Program-made: the position numbers and the translations under genes
DNA from: Lama guanicoe
Taxonomy: Eukaryota
Length of the DNA stretch: 64,000 nt
Direction of reading: 5' to 3'
NCBI GenBank assembly: GCA_013239625.1
Contig: MU056050.1
Location: 1,474,084 to 1,538,083, forward strand
The notes under the pieces: model-generated
Told to the model about the DNA's origin: nothing
The model's input: the letters and a program-made list of their open reading frames with translations, nothing else
Databases searched by the model: none
In this document: one piece after another, positions 37,325-51,200 of the stretch
How the letters are laid out: the number at the start of each line of letters is the position of its first letter
Position numbering within the stretch: the stretch's first letter is position 1

Positions 37325-39650
37325 AAGAAAAAGCAACTGAATTGGAAAGGAAGAAATAAAATTGCCTCTACTGATGAATTCATCTTGTATATAGAAAATC
37401 CTAAAGACTCTACCAAAAAAACTCTTAGACCTAATAAACTAATCCAGTAAGGTGGCAAGATTCAAAATCAAAACACAAAAATCAGTTGCATTTCTATACA
37501 CTAGCAGTGAATAATCTTGAAATAAAAAATCAACTCAATTTACAATAGCATCAAAAACAATAAAAAATTTAGGAGTAAATTTAACCAAGGAAGTGAAAGA
37601 TCTATACACCAAAAACTATAAGCCATTGGAAATATAAATTGAAGAATGCACAAATAAATGGAAAGCTATCCAGTGTTTGTGGATCAGAAGAGTTAATACT
37701 GTTAAAATGTCCATCGTTTCCAAAGCCATCTATAGATTCAATCCAATCCCCATCAAAATTCCAATGGTATTTTGTAAAGAAGTTGAAAAAAACAATCCTA
37801 AAATTCTTATGGAACCACAAAAGACCCCAAAGAGTCAAAACAATCTTGTGAAAGAACAAAGCTGGAGGCATCACACTTCCTGGTTGCAAAGTATATTACA
37901 AAGCTGTAGTAATCAAAACAATATGATATTGGCATAAAAATAGACATAGAGCAGTGAACAGAATTGAGAGCCTAGAAATAAACCCTTGCATATATGTTCA
38001 ACTAATATTTGACAAGGGAACCAAGAAAATTCACAGAAAAGAACAATCTCTTTAATAAATGGCATTGGGAAAACTGGATATCCACATGCAAAAGAATGCA
38101 ATTGGATCCCTATCGTATGCCACTTACAAAAATTAATTCAAATTAACGATTTAAACATGAGGCCTGATAAACCTCCTAGAAGAAAACAGGGAAAAAATTC
38201 CTTGGAAATAACAAGTTTCTTCTGTATAGCACAGGGAACTGTATTCAATATCTTGTAACCTATAATGAAAAAGAATATGAAAAAGAATATATGTATGTAT
38301 ATGTATAACTGAAACATTATGTTGTACACCAGAAACTCACACAACATTGTAAACTGTACTTCAATAAACAAATATTAAAAAAGTAAAAATTAAATTGAAA
38401 AGAAAAGCACCTTGACCTTGGTTTTGGCAATGATTTTCTGAGTATGACACCAAAAGCAGAAACAACCAAACCAAAAATCAACAAATGGGACTACATAAAA
38501 CTAAACTACTTCTGCGCAGTAAAAGAAACAATTGACAAAATAAAAAGGCAACCTACAGAATGGGAGACTATATTTGCAAGCCACATATCAGACAAGTGGT
38601 TAATGTCCAAAATATATAAGGAACATATACAACTCAATAGTAAAAAAAAAAAAAAAAACTTGACTAAAAAATGGGCAGAGGAAGTGAATAGACATTATTT
38701 TAAAGACATTTAAATGGCCAACAACTACATGAAAAGGTGTCCGATATCACTCACTAAATCATCATAGAAATGTAAATCAAACCACAATGAGATATCACTT
38801 CATGCCTGCTAGATTGGCTATTATAAAAATGACAAGAAATAACAAATGCTGGCAAGGATGTGGAGAAAAGGGGACCCTGGTGTACTATTGGTGGGAATGT
38901 AAATTGGTGCAGCCACTATGGAAAACAGTACAGAGGTTCCTCAAAAAATAAAAATAGAACTATCATATAATGCAGCCATCACATTTCTGGGTATATATCA
39001 AAAGAAGGTGAAATTACTATCTTGAAGAAGTATCTGCACTCCCATGTTCATTGCAGCATTATTCATAATAGCCAAAACAAGGAAACAACTCAAGTGCCCA
39101 TTGAAAGATGAATAAAGAAAAGGTGGTATTATGTGCAATGGATTATTACTCACCTACAAAAAAGAAGGAAATTCTGTTTTGTGACAAACATAGATGGACC
39201 CTGAGGACATTATACTAAGTGAAATACATCAGACAGAGAAAGATACATATGTATGATCTTAGATATATGTGGAATCTAAAAACATGAAATTAATGGAAAC
39301 AGAAAGTAGAATAGTAATTGCTAGGGGCTAAAGGGTAAGGGAATAAGGAGATTTTGGTCAAGTGGTACAAACTTTGAATTATAAGATGAATAAGTTCCAG
39401 GGATTTAATGCACAGTATGGTGAATATAGTTAACATTAATGCATTGTATCTTTGAAAGTTGAAAGTAGAGCTTTAAAGTTCTCACCATAACAACACAATA
39501 CACAGTAATTATCTCAGGTGAAGGATGATTAATCTTATTGTGGTAAACATTTTGTAATACATACATGTATCAAATATTCACAGTGTACACCTTAAAGTTA
39601 TATAATGTTATATGTCAATTATATCACAATAAACCTGGGAACAAAAAATA
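37070..39650 (+). mobile_element. 5'-truncated L1 (L1MA9-like)
   Basis: ORF 37088..37450 GTRQRCSLSPLLFNMVL (RT); 38444..38713 KWDYIKL; 3'UTR ggtacaaactttgaattataagatgaataagttc; internal poly(A) expansion ~37293-37330. Confidence 0.9.
38205..38400 (+). mobile_element. Short L1 3' end inserted in the L1MA-like element
   Basis: ctgtatagcacagggaact...cattgtaaactgtacttcaataaa plus A tail; degenerate TSD gaaaaaattccttg/gaaaagcaccttg. Confidence 0.85.
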
Positions 39651-40839
39651 ATCATTATGAAAACTGGTAGTAAGAAAAATGCAAAGCTCAAGAATTGTGT
39701 CCAAACAATAGCTGTAAGTATAATTAGTAAACTAAATTCTCATGACCAAAATTCTTGAGATACACTGTAAAAATAATTTAATGATAATAGATGAAAAGTG
39801 GGAAAAGAAGTAAAATAAATGTTAATTTTCCTCTCCTATGAGATAGGAGTGTATAGATACTGTTTTATTTTTGATGTTGATAATTAAGGTTTTGAAAACT
39901 TACTTGAACTTATATTTCTTTTAAAAGAACAAACAACTGAACTCAAACACCCTATGCTCAATTAAAGCAGAATATACGTCTTTTACAAAATTAAACATGC
40001 AATGAGGACAACAAATCCTTCGTCATGATACTGAGAGAAAACAAAAGAGCAGAAAATATATTTAACTAAAGTAAAAAAAAATGGCTAAATGTAAATTTTA
40101 AAATATAATTTGTGACAGTGATTGTAAACAGTAGAACCTCCCTATTAAAATAGAGAGACGCAAGTAGGGATTTGAAAAATATGTACTACACACACACACA
40201 CACAAACCCCTAAAACAAAGTGATTCAGAAAGGTTAAAATTTCCAACTAAACAAAGCAGAACCAGGGCATCATAATATTAATGTGATAGAAAGTAGAGTT
40301 TATCATAAGAAGCCTTAAATAAGACAGAGGGCCATTATTTGTTAATGAGGGATCAAAATACATATATTAAAACACTGTTTAAAAAACATCCAAAGATGAA
40401 GTGGCAAAACAATAATAAAGGATGATTTAAATACACAGTTTAAAGTTAAAATACAACATTAAGAATTAAAAATATAGAGCTATTAAAAACATAATTATTT
40501 ACATTATGTTTGTAAAATGTTTGCCTAAGAAAATAAACATTCTTTTCAAGTACATAAAGGACATTTATATGTTGATCATAAATTTCAAAAAGCAGAAATT
40601 ATAGTATCCTGCCATCTACAAATAACACTATAAACTGTGAATCCAAGCCTAAAACACAAACAATTCACTCAATAAAATGAATAAATATTTTTGGATCAAA
40701 GGGTAAGTCAACATTTCAATTACTAACTCATTGAATAATAATGAGAGCCCTCTTCTTTCTCTTTCTCTCCCTTCCTTTCCCTCCTTTTCCTTCTGTTCCT
40801 TTCCCTTCCTCTCCCTACACTTTCTTCTCTTCCTCTGCA

Positions 40840-41800
40840 TTAACAGTTCAGTCCTAAACTACTAGGTGGGCAGAGCAAGATAGGCATAGATGGTAGTTTG
40901 AATTGGGGGTGCCCATGATGGACCAGTGCCAGGCATCAAATCCTGAATGAAATGAAGAAGGTATCTCTATTGAGGAATGACTTGGCATTGAGTGTGAGAG
41001 TCCAAGTGAGATGAGGAGGGCATTCATGAGGTACCAACTTGAAATTAGAGTTCTACATATGGATACATACATATAAAGCATATGTTTTTTGTATATATTC
41101 CATGTATATATGTTCATATATTCCACAGCTCTGAACACTGAAAGAGCATGGGATCAGCAACACCTAATAGCAGTGAGCACACCTAGTTCCCAGATCTTCT
41201 CTATGTATTTTTTACTAAAAGAATTCAAGGCTTCTTAAAGAACCAGCTGATTCCATGGCTAGAGAAGGTATAAAATGGACCTGGAACATCTTCTTGCGCC
41301 ACAAAGTAAAAAAGTGCTCAAAGAATAATGGGTTTATGTCAAAAGGACATGGAAATTAGATTGAATGGATCCCCATTGGCCAAATTGAGGACAATCTGAA
41401 TATCAAAATAAATAGGGACAGTGATGGAATAAAATAGGAAACTGAGTTCATTTAGATATAAATGACTAAATTAAAATTTGGATGGTAAGTAGGATGTGTA
41501 CATAATTTCAAAGTACTTCCCCATAAAATGAGTATTAATTCCAATGAGACACAGTAATTTTGCAGTAGAACAGCTTGGCAGACATCATCTTAATCAAATG
41601 ATCAAAATGCACATCAGTAATGGGACGAATTGAAATTATCCATCATCTCATAGGATGCAGTGAGGACTCAACATTACTTCTGTGATATTCCTGCCAAAAA
41701 TGCATATGCTGAGTTGAATCATTAAGAAACATTAGTGAAGTCTCAACTGGGGCACATTATACAAAATAACCGGCCTATGATCTTCATTTGTCAAAGTCAT
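40840..41800 (+). mobile_element. Old L1 3'UTR (L1MC/MD-like)
   Basis: gcagtgagcacacctagttcccagatctt...ggaacatctt...caaaaggaca, collinear with 24150-25100. Confidence 0.7.
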
Positions 41801-41801
41801 T

Positions 41802-42930
41802 CTGCCAGCCATAGAGATGAACCTCTCAGCTCTCCTTTTAAAAGGATACCAGTCACAAGGAGTGCAGTGAGCTGACAATTTCCAATATCTGCCCAAGGTT
41901 TTGATCTGGAGCCATACACATGAAGAAGTATCCAGCCATTGACTAAACAAAGAGGTGGAGAAAGGGTTCCAGACTTTGGCCAGTATTAGACTGTTATATG
42001 GAAAAATCTTTAAAGCAGATCTCACCACTGGGCTGGCAACACTTTGTCAGAGATAAAGCAAGTATGAGACTCTTCCTATGCTATTCTTCCTTTCCTCTCT
42101 CTTTTCATTGGTGTTAGATCTGTACTGTGTTGGGAAAATTTCTTCTTCACTCTCCTGTTCCTTCTCCACTATCTTTTTCACAGGATATACCACCCCTCAA
42201 TAAATATGTTGCACTACTAACTTCATCTTGGTGTCTGCCTTCCAGAAGATTCAGTTAATATATTAGGTGCCAAAAATGATGCAAGACAGCAGGCAATTGG
42301 GAGGAATTTGGGGACTTTTCAGTCACCACTTGGATGGGAAGGAAGATCATATCCTGAATGATATGTCGATGTAAATAACCCTGAAAAATGATGGTGGTCC
42401 AACTGCTAAACATTTCAACAGTGGTGGCTTGAGGGAATACCATCATGAAGGAGAAAATGCAGGTTAGGTCAATAACTCAGGTATTTGAAAAAGATAAGTG
42501 GATCAATTAATTCAAGGACAATGGAATTTATTGGTCACTGCTAAAATACATTGATACTATGCAGAGGGATGATGAGAAAATGAGGGTAGTTAACAATACT
42601 TAGTTTTAAGTGTGAGAACCAATAGACTTCTTTGGTAGCCTACAAAGAGTCAATTACCTCCAAATTGAGAAAGCAGAAAGAACTAAGGAGTAAGTTTAGA
42701 ATCTAATAATTATGTTTGCAAAGCTTCAAAGAAGATTGTTAAGTTGAGGGAAATCTCTTATGCTAAGGTCAGAGTCCTATGTGGGAATGGACCCTGACAC
42801 ACTGGGATGGAGAAATTTGGGTGAATATTCTTGAATATTATAGGTCTCCAAATAGCTCTAAACCCTCAGGGCTGCAGGGGTACCTCACTCCCCTCAACTA
42901 ATACTTCATATTACCCCTGTGTGGAAGGGT
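41802..42930 (+). mobile_element. ERVL-class relic: LTR16-like LTR (~41802-42260) plus adjacent internal fragment
   Basis: LTR end ccctcaataaat...cttcatcttggtgtctgccttccagaaga; downstream ggaccctgacacactgggatggagaaatttgggtg resembles an ERVL gag DPxTWDGEIW segment. Confidence 0.6.
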
Positions 42931-43035
42931 TCAGAAGAGTATTTATAGTGGTAAATGCCTGCATTAATAAAGCAGAAAAATATCATATCAACAACCTAAC
43001 TGTGTACTTTTAAAGACTACAAATGGAACAAACAA

Positions 43036-43613
43036 TGTTCACAGCAGCACTATTTACAATAGCCAAAACATGGAAACAGCCTAAATGTCCATCAACAGGT
43101 GACTGGATAAAGAAGATGTGGTATATTTATACAATGGAATACTACTCAGCCATAAAAACTGACAACATAATGCCATTTGCAGCAACATGGATGCTCCTGG
43201 AGAATGTCATTCTAAGTGAAGTAAGCCAGAACGAGAAAGAAAAACACCATATGAGATCGCTCATACGTGGAATCTAAAAAACAAAAACAAAAACGAACAA
43301 ACAAACAAGCGAACAAAAACAAAGCATAAATACAGGACAGAAATAGATTCATAGACAGAGAATATAGACTTGTGGTTGCCAGGGGGTGGAGGGCGGGAAG
43401 GGATAGACTGGGATTTCAAAATTGTAGAATAGATAAACAAGATTATACTGTACAGCACAGGAAAATATACACAAAATGTTATGGTAGCTCACAGAGAAAA
43501 AAATGTGACAATGAGTGTGTATATGTCCATGTATGACTGAAAAACTGTGCTGAACACTGGAATTTGACACAACATTGTAAAATGATTATAAATCAATAAA
43601 AAATGTTAAAAAA
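43036..43613 (+). mobile_element. Young 5'-truncated L1 insertion
   Basis: Perfect 17-bp TSD acaaatggaacaaacaa (43019-43035, 43614-43630); open ORF2 C-terminus MFTAALFTIAKTWKQPKCPS...; CpGs retained. Confidence 0.95.
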
Positions 43614-44383
43614 ACAAATGGAACAAACAAAATGAAGAGCTAACAGAAAGAAGAAAATAATAAAGAGTAGAGTGGAGATAAATGAAATAGAGAATGTGAA
43701 AATAATAGAGAAACAATGAAACCAGAAGTTAATTCTTTAGACCTACTAAGAACAAAAGAGAAAATGCAAACAAGCAAAGTCAGAAATGTAAACAGGGATA
43801 TTAATACTAATTTTATAGAAATAAAAATTATTATCAGAGATTATACACAATTGTACACCAAAAAAATGAGATAATCTAGATGAAATGCACAAATTCCTAA
43901 AGGCAAACTACCAACTAACTCAAGAAGAAATAGAAAAAAATAATACAAAGACATCACAAGAAATGAAAACTATAGGCCATTATTCCTTATCAATATAAAG
44001 GCAAAATGCCTCAAATAATAATAGTATTCCAAATCCTGGAGCACATTAAAAGGATTGTACGTGATGACCAAGTCAGATTTACCCCAGAAATGCAGAGTGA
44101 TTCAACATATGAAAATCAAGCAATGTAACACACCACATTAGTTAAATGAAGGGGAAAAAAACCACATGACCATCTTAATTGATACAGAAAAAGCAGTCAA
44201 TAACATTCATCACTCTTTCATGATAAAACACTGAGTAAACTAGGACTAGAAGGAACTTCCTTAAATGATAAAGGACATTTATGGAAAACCCACAGATGGT
44301 TTCAATGGTGAAAGAACAAAAGGTTTCCCCCTAAGATCAGGACAAGACAAGGGTGCTCAGTTTCACCATTGCTATTCAATATT

Positions 44384-44992
44384 TTTTCCCATTTTTTAAT
44401 TGAAGTGTAGTTGATTTACAATGTTGTATTAATTCCTGGTGTACAGCATAGTGATTCAGTTATACAAATATATATCTATATCTACATATTCTTTTTCATA
44501 TTCTTACTACAGCTTACTACAAGCCATTGAATACAGTTCCCTATGCCATATAGTAGGCCTTTGTTGTTTATCTATTCTGTACATAGCAGTTAACTCCCAG
44601 TTTATTCCTCCATCCCCCTTTTCCTCCCTTGGTAACCGTAAGTTTGTTTTTTATGTCTGTGAGTCTCTGTTTTGTAAATAAGTTTGCATATTTTTTTAAT
44701 ATTCCACATATAAGTGATATTATATGGCATTTGTCTTTCTCTGACTTACTTCACTTAATATGATTGTCTCTAGGTTCATCCATGTTGCGGCAAATGACAT
44801 TATTTCATTCCTTTTTTATGGCTGAGTAGTACTCCATTGTGTGTATGTCTCACAACTTCTTTATCCAGTCATCTGTCAGTGGACATTTAGGTTGCTTCCA
44901 ATGTCTTGGCTATTGTAAAAATTGCTGCTATGAACATTAGGGGGCATGTATCTTTTCAAGTTAGATTTTCTCTGTATATGCCCCAGACTGAG
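44384..44992 (-). mobile_element. 5'-truncated L1 insertion, antisense
   Basis: Perfect 13-bp TSD gctattcaatatt (44371-44383, 44993-45005); T-rich tail then ttgaagtgtagttgatttacaatg. Confidence 0.93.
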
Positions 44993-46819
44993 GCTATTCA
45001 ATATTGTATTAGAAATTCTAGCCAGAGAAATTAGGCAAGAAAAGGAAATAATATCATTCATATTGGAAAGGAAGAAATAAAACTGTATTCACAGATAACA
45101 TGATCCTATCCATGGGAAATCCTAAATAATCCACAAAAAACCTGTTAGATCTACTAATCAAATTCAGCAAAGTTTCCAGGTACAAGATCAACATGTGAGA
45201 ATAAGTTGTATTTCCATACACTAGCAATGAACACTATCCAAAACAGAAATTAAGAAAAAATTCAAATCACAATGCCATCATAGAGAATAAAACATGTAGG
45301 AATAAATTTAACCAAGGATGTGCAAGACCTAGACACTAAAAATTACAAAACATTGCTGAAAGAAAACAAAAAGACCTAAGTAAATGGAAAGAAATCCAAA
45401 GGTAATGGATTAGAAAATTTAATATTGTTAAGATGGCGATACTCCCCATAATGAGCTATAGAAAATAAAGTTGGTTACTTGTCTCACACTATACACAAAA
45501 ATTAACTCAAAATAGAACAAAGACCTAAATATGAGAGGTGAAACTATAAAATTCGGAAGAAAACATAGGAATAAATCTCCATTTACTTATATTTGACAAT
45601 TAATTCTTAAATATGACAACAAAAGCATGAGCAACAAAAAATAAATAAATTGGGCTTCAACAAAATTTTAAAATGTTTGTGCATCAAAGGACATTCTCAA
45701 GAAAGTGAAAAGGCAACCTATATAATAGGAAGAATATTTTAAAATTACGTATCTCAGAAGGGTTTAATATTCAGGCTATTATAAAGAACAACAACACAAT
45801 AGAGAAAACCCACACAAAAAATAACAAAAAAAACCCCCAAGAAACCCCCCACAATCTGTCTAAAAAATAGGCAAAGGATTATTTCTCCAAAGAAGATAAA
45901 CAGATGGCCAGTAAGCACTTGAAAAGATGCTCAACATAATTAGCCACTGGGGAAATGCAAATCAAAACCACAAGGAGATCCTACTTGATATCCAATGGGT
46001 TGGCTGTAATAATAAAAATAAAAAGTAACTAGTGTTGGTGAGGATGTAGAGAAATTGGAACAGTCATACATTTCCTGTGGGAATGTAAAAATGATACAGT
46101 ATTGTAGAAAAAAGTCTGGTTGTTTCTTAAAAAGTTAAATATACAAGTACCATATAACACTCCACTCCTGAATATACCCAACAGAATTGAAAACAGGTGT
46201 TCAAACAAATACTCATACACAAATATTCATAACAGTAGTATTAACAATAGCTAAAAGGTAGAAATAACTCAAAGGTTCATCACCTCATGAATGAATAAAT
46301 GTGATATATACATGAATTGAATATTATTCAATCATAAAAGACTGGAGTACTGATATGTGCTAAAGTATGGATGGGTCTCAAAAACATTATGCTAAGTGAA
46401 ATAAGACAGACATAAAACATCACTTATTACATGATTCAATTTATATGAACTATCCAGATAAGCAAATCCCTAGAAACAGAAAGCAGATAAGTGATTTCCA
46501 AGGCCTCGAGACTAGGGACAATGGGGAATGCTTAATGGATGTAGGGTCTCCTTTGGGATAATGAAAACATTTTGCAACTAGAGATTGGTGATGGTTGCAC
46601 AACAGTGCAAATGTACTAGATGTCATTAATGGTGAATTTTATGTTATGAGTATTTTTACCACAATGTTTTTAATGGCTTGATTCTATCTCACACTTCTTA
46701 TCGATTGCGAGTTGGCAAGGGAGCTCTGTTCATCATGGTCATCCTGAGACCCAGGCTAACGAAAACCTAATCTCAATATGTGCTTCCACAATAATCTTAG
46801 GAGGGAAAAGTGAACATGG

Positions 46820-47648
46820 TTATCTCAAGGAAAACAACGTAGAGTTTGTTGCCCATGATAAAATTGGAAACTTTAAGGGTAAATTACAATTTGGGGAAAT
46901 TCAGTCTATCACAGTGAGCTTGACAGCTTCCCAGTATAAGTTCCATGATAGTACTAACTGTTACTTTTTGATGTTCCATAATGAAATGTGTCAACATTTG
47001 AAAGATCTGCATAACTCAATGAACCAATATTTATAAATGATGTCATAACTTTATGCATGAGTAAATGACCTATTCAAAGTATAAGATGGGCCAACAGATT
47101 TTAATGTAACATAGCATAAAAAACTAACTGGTATAGAATCTGATTTAACACTACAACTATCTTTAACAAATTATCACTTGTTGAGTTTCAGTATAATATC
47201 AAATAAGAGTATCCATAATTATCTGAAAAGGCAATTAAAGTTACCTTTCCTTTTCCAACTACATATTTGTGTAAGGATAGATCTCCTTCATTATAGTTTA
47301 ACAATCACAACCAAAAAAAAAAAAATCACAGTATGTTGAAAAGTAGAAAAAGACGTTAAATCCCACTGTCTTCTATGGGTAGACCTTATAGAGGTTACAA
47401 AAATGTAAAACAAAGCCCCTTTTCCTACTAAAGTTTTTTTGTTTTAAAATGTAGTCATTTTTAACAGAAACATTTTATTTATGTTATTATTCAATGTTAT
47501 CAAATAAATAAATATGCTAAATATTTGTTTTTAATTTGTAATATTTAAATATTAATAGACATAATCCACATAATCAAAACATCTTTGGGCTCTTTAAGTT
47601 TTTAGAATATAAAGGGATTTCTGACACCAGAACGTTTGAGGGCCACTG
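46820..47648 (+). mobile_element. hAT-Charlie1-like transposase 3' remnant with TIR
   Basis: caaggaaaacaa...gataaaatt (QGKQ...DKI); ccttttccaactacatatttgtgt (PFPTTYLC, hAT dimerisation motif); ends tttgagggccactg. Confidence 0.85.
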
Positions 47649-48201
47649 GACTGGGAAAGTATAGTATGATTGCTGGATGGCCTTAAAAGTCCAGTCGAGA
47701 TATGTGGACAAACTGTTGCATTTTTTTCAGCCATGTTCAGTGGCAAAAGTATAAGCATGGAATAAGTAGCAAGTTGGATTTTGCTTGGCCACTGATTTTT
47801 CTAAACAAAAATGTTTAAATTGTATTAAAAGGAGTGTTTTTAATAAGAGAATATTGAATTTAATCTGGATAATATGTGGAAAGAAAAAAAATCAAGATGA
47901 TAAGGGAGTTCAGGTTCTGAAATGTCAAAGGCTTGCTGGAGTAAGGATAAAAGAAACTGCAAGTATAAGATATGGTGGTCAGAGCATGAAATTCATTAAA
48001 TTGAAGTTATAGGGACACTGCAATTTTTGATAATAAGTCTATGAAATGATCATGGCAGTGAATGTCTGATAGTGAATAAATTTGATGGAAAGAACGTTTT
48101 CTTGTATATTGAATTTACCAAAATTTAAAAAAAAAAGAATAGTATTGAAGTTAATGAGAGTAAGGCTGGTTCTAAAATCATTGAGGGACTGGGAGAGAGA
48201 T

Positions 48202-48210
48202 CAAGATGGC
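48202..48210 (+). promoter_or_regulatory. YY1-type motif at the L1 5' end
   Basis: caagatggc near the element start. Confidence 0.55.
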
Positions 48211-51200
48211 AGACTAGAAGGACATGGAGCTCACTTCCTCCCACAAGTACATAAAAAATACATCTATATGTGGAACAATTCTCATAGAACACCTACTGAA
48301 CACTGGCAGATCTCATAAAGCCAAAACTACAAAAAAGACCACCACATAATCGAGTAGAATGAAAGAAAATAAAAAGGAATTGGGATGGAATTTGTACCCC
48401 TGGGAGGGAGCTGTGAAAGAGGAAAAGTTCCCTCACCCTGGGAACCCCCTTGACTGGCTGGGAAATCAGCCAGGACAGATACGAAGCTTCAGAGGCTCAG
48501 AGGAGAGTGCAGCAGCCAATTTGTGGCAAGTAGAACACAGAGAGATCAACACAGATGATCCTGGCCACCAAACTGCACTCCCCAGCCCGAGACATGCATG
48601 TGCTGGTACATAGGGGTCGTGGGTGCTGAAACTTTGGCTTCAGTGGACAGACCTGGAGAGAGGACTGGCATTGGCTGTGTGGAGGCAGCCCAAAGAGACA
48701 AGAGTGTGGTCTGGGCTGCAACTTCGGATGTACGTAGGACAGCCTGGATCCACCATAGAAGCCCCATTATTAACATGGTGAAGGGTGGAGTGGGGTTCCA
48801 CCAAAGCAGCCTCATTCTCAGCATTCTCACGGTGGTCACAGCTCCTCCTCTATGAGCTCTGGGAGTTTTCAAGTGCCAGCAGGTTGCCCATACACAGAGG
48901 CAGGGATGAAATCTGAGCCATGTCCTGGTGCTTCGGTGACTTCAGCAGATTTATGCTGCCATCTGCTTTGTAAGCTCAATGCCTGTGGGGTATCTAAGCA
49001 GACTACTTGGTGCTACCATGGCTGGGGTGAATCTGGCATTAGCAGCTGCAGGCTTTGCAGGTGTGCAAAGATGGCAGTTAGGCTGGGGTCTGAGCCGATT
49101 CTGTAGCTCCCACAGCAGGTCTAGGTGCACAACTACAGTGGTCCCAGTGTCTGACTTTGGCAGATCTGTGCCATCAAATCTGCAATGGTGCTTTTGTGAG
49201 CATAGCCCCTGAGGGACATCCAGATTGATTGCCTGCATTCCCATGGCTGAGGTGGGGCTAAGGGCAGTGCCAACAGTGTACTTTGTGAGTGCACACAATG
49301 GGTGACAGGCAACACTAAAGATTGCACTTCCTGGTAGAAAGTTCCTGCAGAGGAATACTCAGTGACTCCTCTCCCAGTGGACATTTTCCAGTCCCACCTA
49401 CCTCACACCAAAGCTCAGAACTGGATCTGGGGGCTTCTACTCCAACTGGGGAGCAGACCCTACCCCTGACAGAGCTGTGACAACCACAGAGCAAAGAGAA
49501 GGCCCCACTCAATATCCAGTGAGGAAAGATGTGGCGGGCATCCATACTAAAAACAGCCATTTCAACAGAAATATTGGACTCATTCAGGCTACAGAGGTAT
49601 GCTCCCACATAAAAACTGCCTTTAAGATCACACTATATAACTGTTTCTCCTAAATTCACTGTCAGAAATGTAAGTAAAATGAAGAAGCAGAGGAAATACT
49701 CCCAATTAAAAGAACAAGAGAAATCCCCTAAAAGAACAATGAAACAGACCCCTCCAGTCTATCAGATCCTGAATTCAAAAAGAAGGTAATAAAAATACTG
49801 AAGGAATTAAGAAAGGCTACCTATAGAAATGCAGATCACTGTAACAATGAACTAGAAAATTATAAGCAGTATACAATCAAAATTAGAAAACTCATTTGCT
49901 GATATGAGAGCTGAGCTAAAGGCAATAAATAGCAAACTAAATTGTGCAGAAGAACAAGTGATCTGAAAGACAGAATGGAAATTACCCAATCAGAACAACA
50001 GACAGAAAGACAAAAATGAAAGCAATATACGAGACCTATGGGATAATACCAAGTGAGCCAATAATATGCATAATAGGGATCTCAGAAGGAGAGGAAAGAG
50101 AAAAGGGGATCAAAATGTATTTGAAGAAATTATGGCTGAAAACTTCCAAAAACCTAAAGGAAACGGATAGCTAGGTACAGGAAGCACAGATCTCAAACAA
50201 GATGAACCCAAATATACTTACAGCAAGATATATTATAATTAAAATGACAAAAGTTAAAGATAAAGAGAGGATTCTAAAAGTAGCAAAAAAACAAACAAAG
50301 AAACAAAAAAACAAAGAGTTAGTTACAAGAGAACCTTCATACAGCTATTAGCTTATTTATCTACAAAAACATTGCAGGCCAGAAGGTAGTGGCAAGACAT
50401 ATTCAAAGTCCTGAAAGGGAGAATTCTGCAACCTAGGATACTCTACCCAGCAATATCATCATTCAGAATAGAAGGAAAGGTAAAGAATTTCTCAGACGAG
50501 CAAAAACTAAAAGAATACTCTCTAAATAGGAAAGAAGAAAAATCCATAGGAAAGAGAAAAATCACAATTGGAAAGTAAATCACTTAAATAAGCCAATACA
50601 TAGTTTTTTTAAAAATCAAAAAAAAATTGGGAAAACAATATAATTCCATGAACAGCAAAAGGATAAATATGAAGATGTAAAAGAGGACATAAAAATCATA
50701 TAATTTAGGGGACAGGATTAAGAAAATGTTGGGAGTTTTTATTTAGAATGTGTTTGAACCTATAATGACTACCAGTCTAAAGCAAGTAGCTATGGTAATG
50801 TGTTAACATACTTGAAAACCAGGGTAACTACAAATGAAAAACATACAGTATATTCACAAAAACCAAAAAGAAGAAAACTCAAGCATAATACAAAAGAAGC
50901 CATTAAACCACAAAAGGAAAAACAAAAACCAAAAGGAAGGAACAAAGAAGAAATACAAAATGAACTAGAAAACAAGGTTTAAAATGGCAATAAATACATA
51001 TCTATCAATAATTACTCTAAATGTCAATGGACTAAATGCTCTGATCAAAAGACACAGAATGGCAGATTGGATAAGAAAACAAGAGCCTAGAATATGCTGC
51101 CTATAAGACACTCACTTTAGGGCAAAAACACAAAAATTGAAAGTGAGGGGATGGAAAAAGATATTTCATGCAAATGGAAATGACAAGAAACCAGGAGTAG

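Larger units (their letters stand above)
36300..40740 (+). mobile_element. Very old L1 relic (ORF1/EN region) split by the younger L1 at 37070-39650
   Basis: A-rich decayed L1-like text on both sides (e.g. taatattaatgtgatagaaagtagagttt...aagacagagggccatt resembles the EN region). Confidence 0.5.
42935..46670 (+). mobile_element. Old L1 (L1MB-like) ORF2 and 3'UTR with deletions and two nested younger L1s
   Basis: Decayed ORF2 (cttaattgatacagaaaaagc, ggacaagacaagggtgc); 3'UTR gcttaatggatgtagggtctcctttggg...ggtgatggttgcacaaca. Confidence 0.85.

Noticed and set aside
48359..49608. Cluster of GC-richer overlapping ORFs (also 1906-2931 and 7852-8401)
   Set aside because: They lie within L1 5'UTRs; higher GC explains the open frames; no recognisable protein, and an ORF0 equivalent cannot be supported
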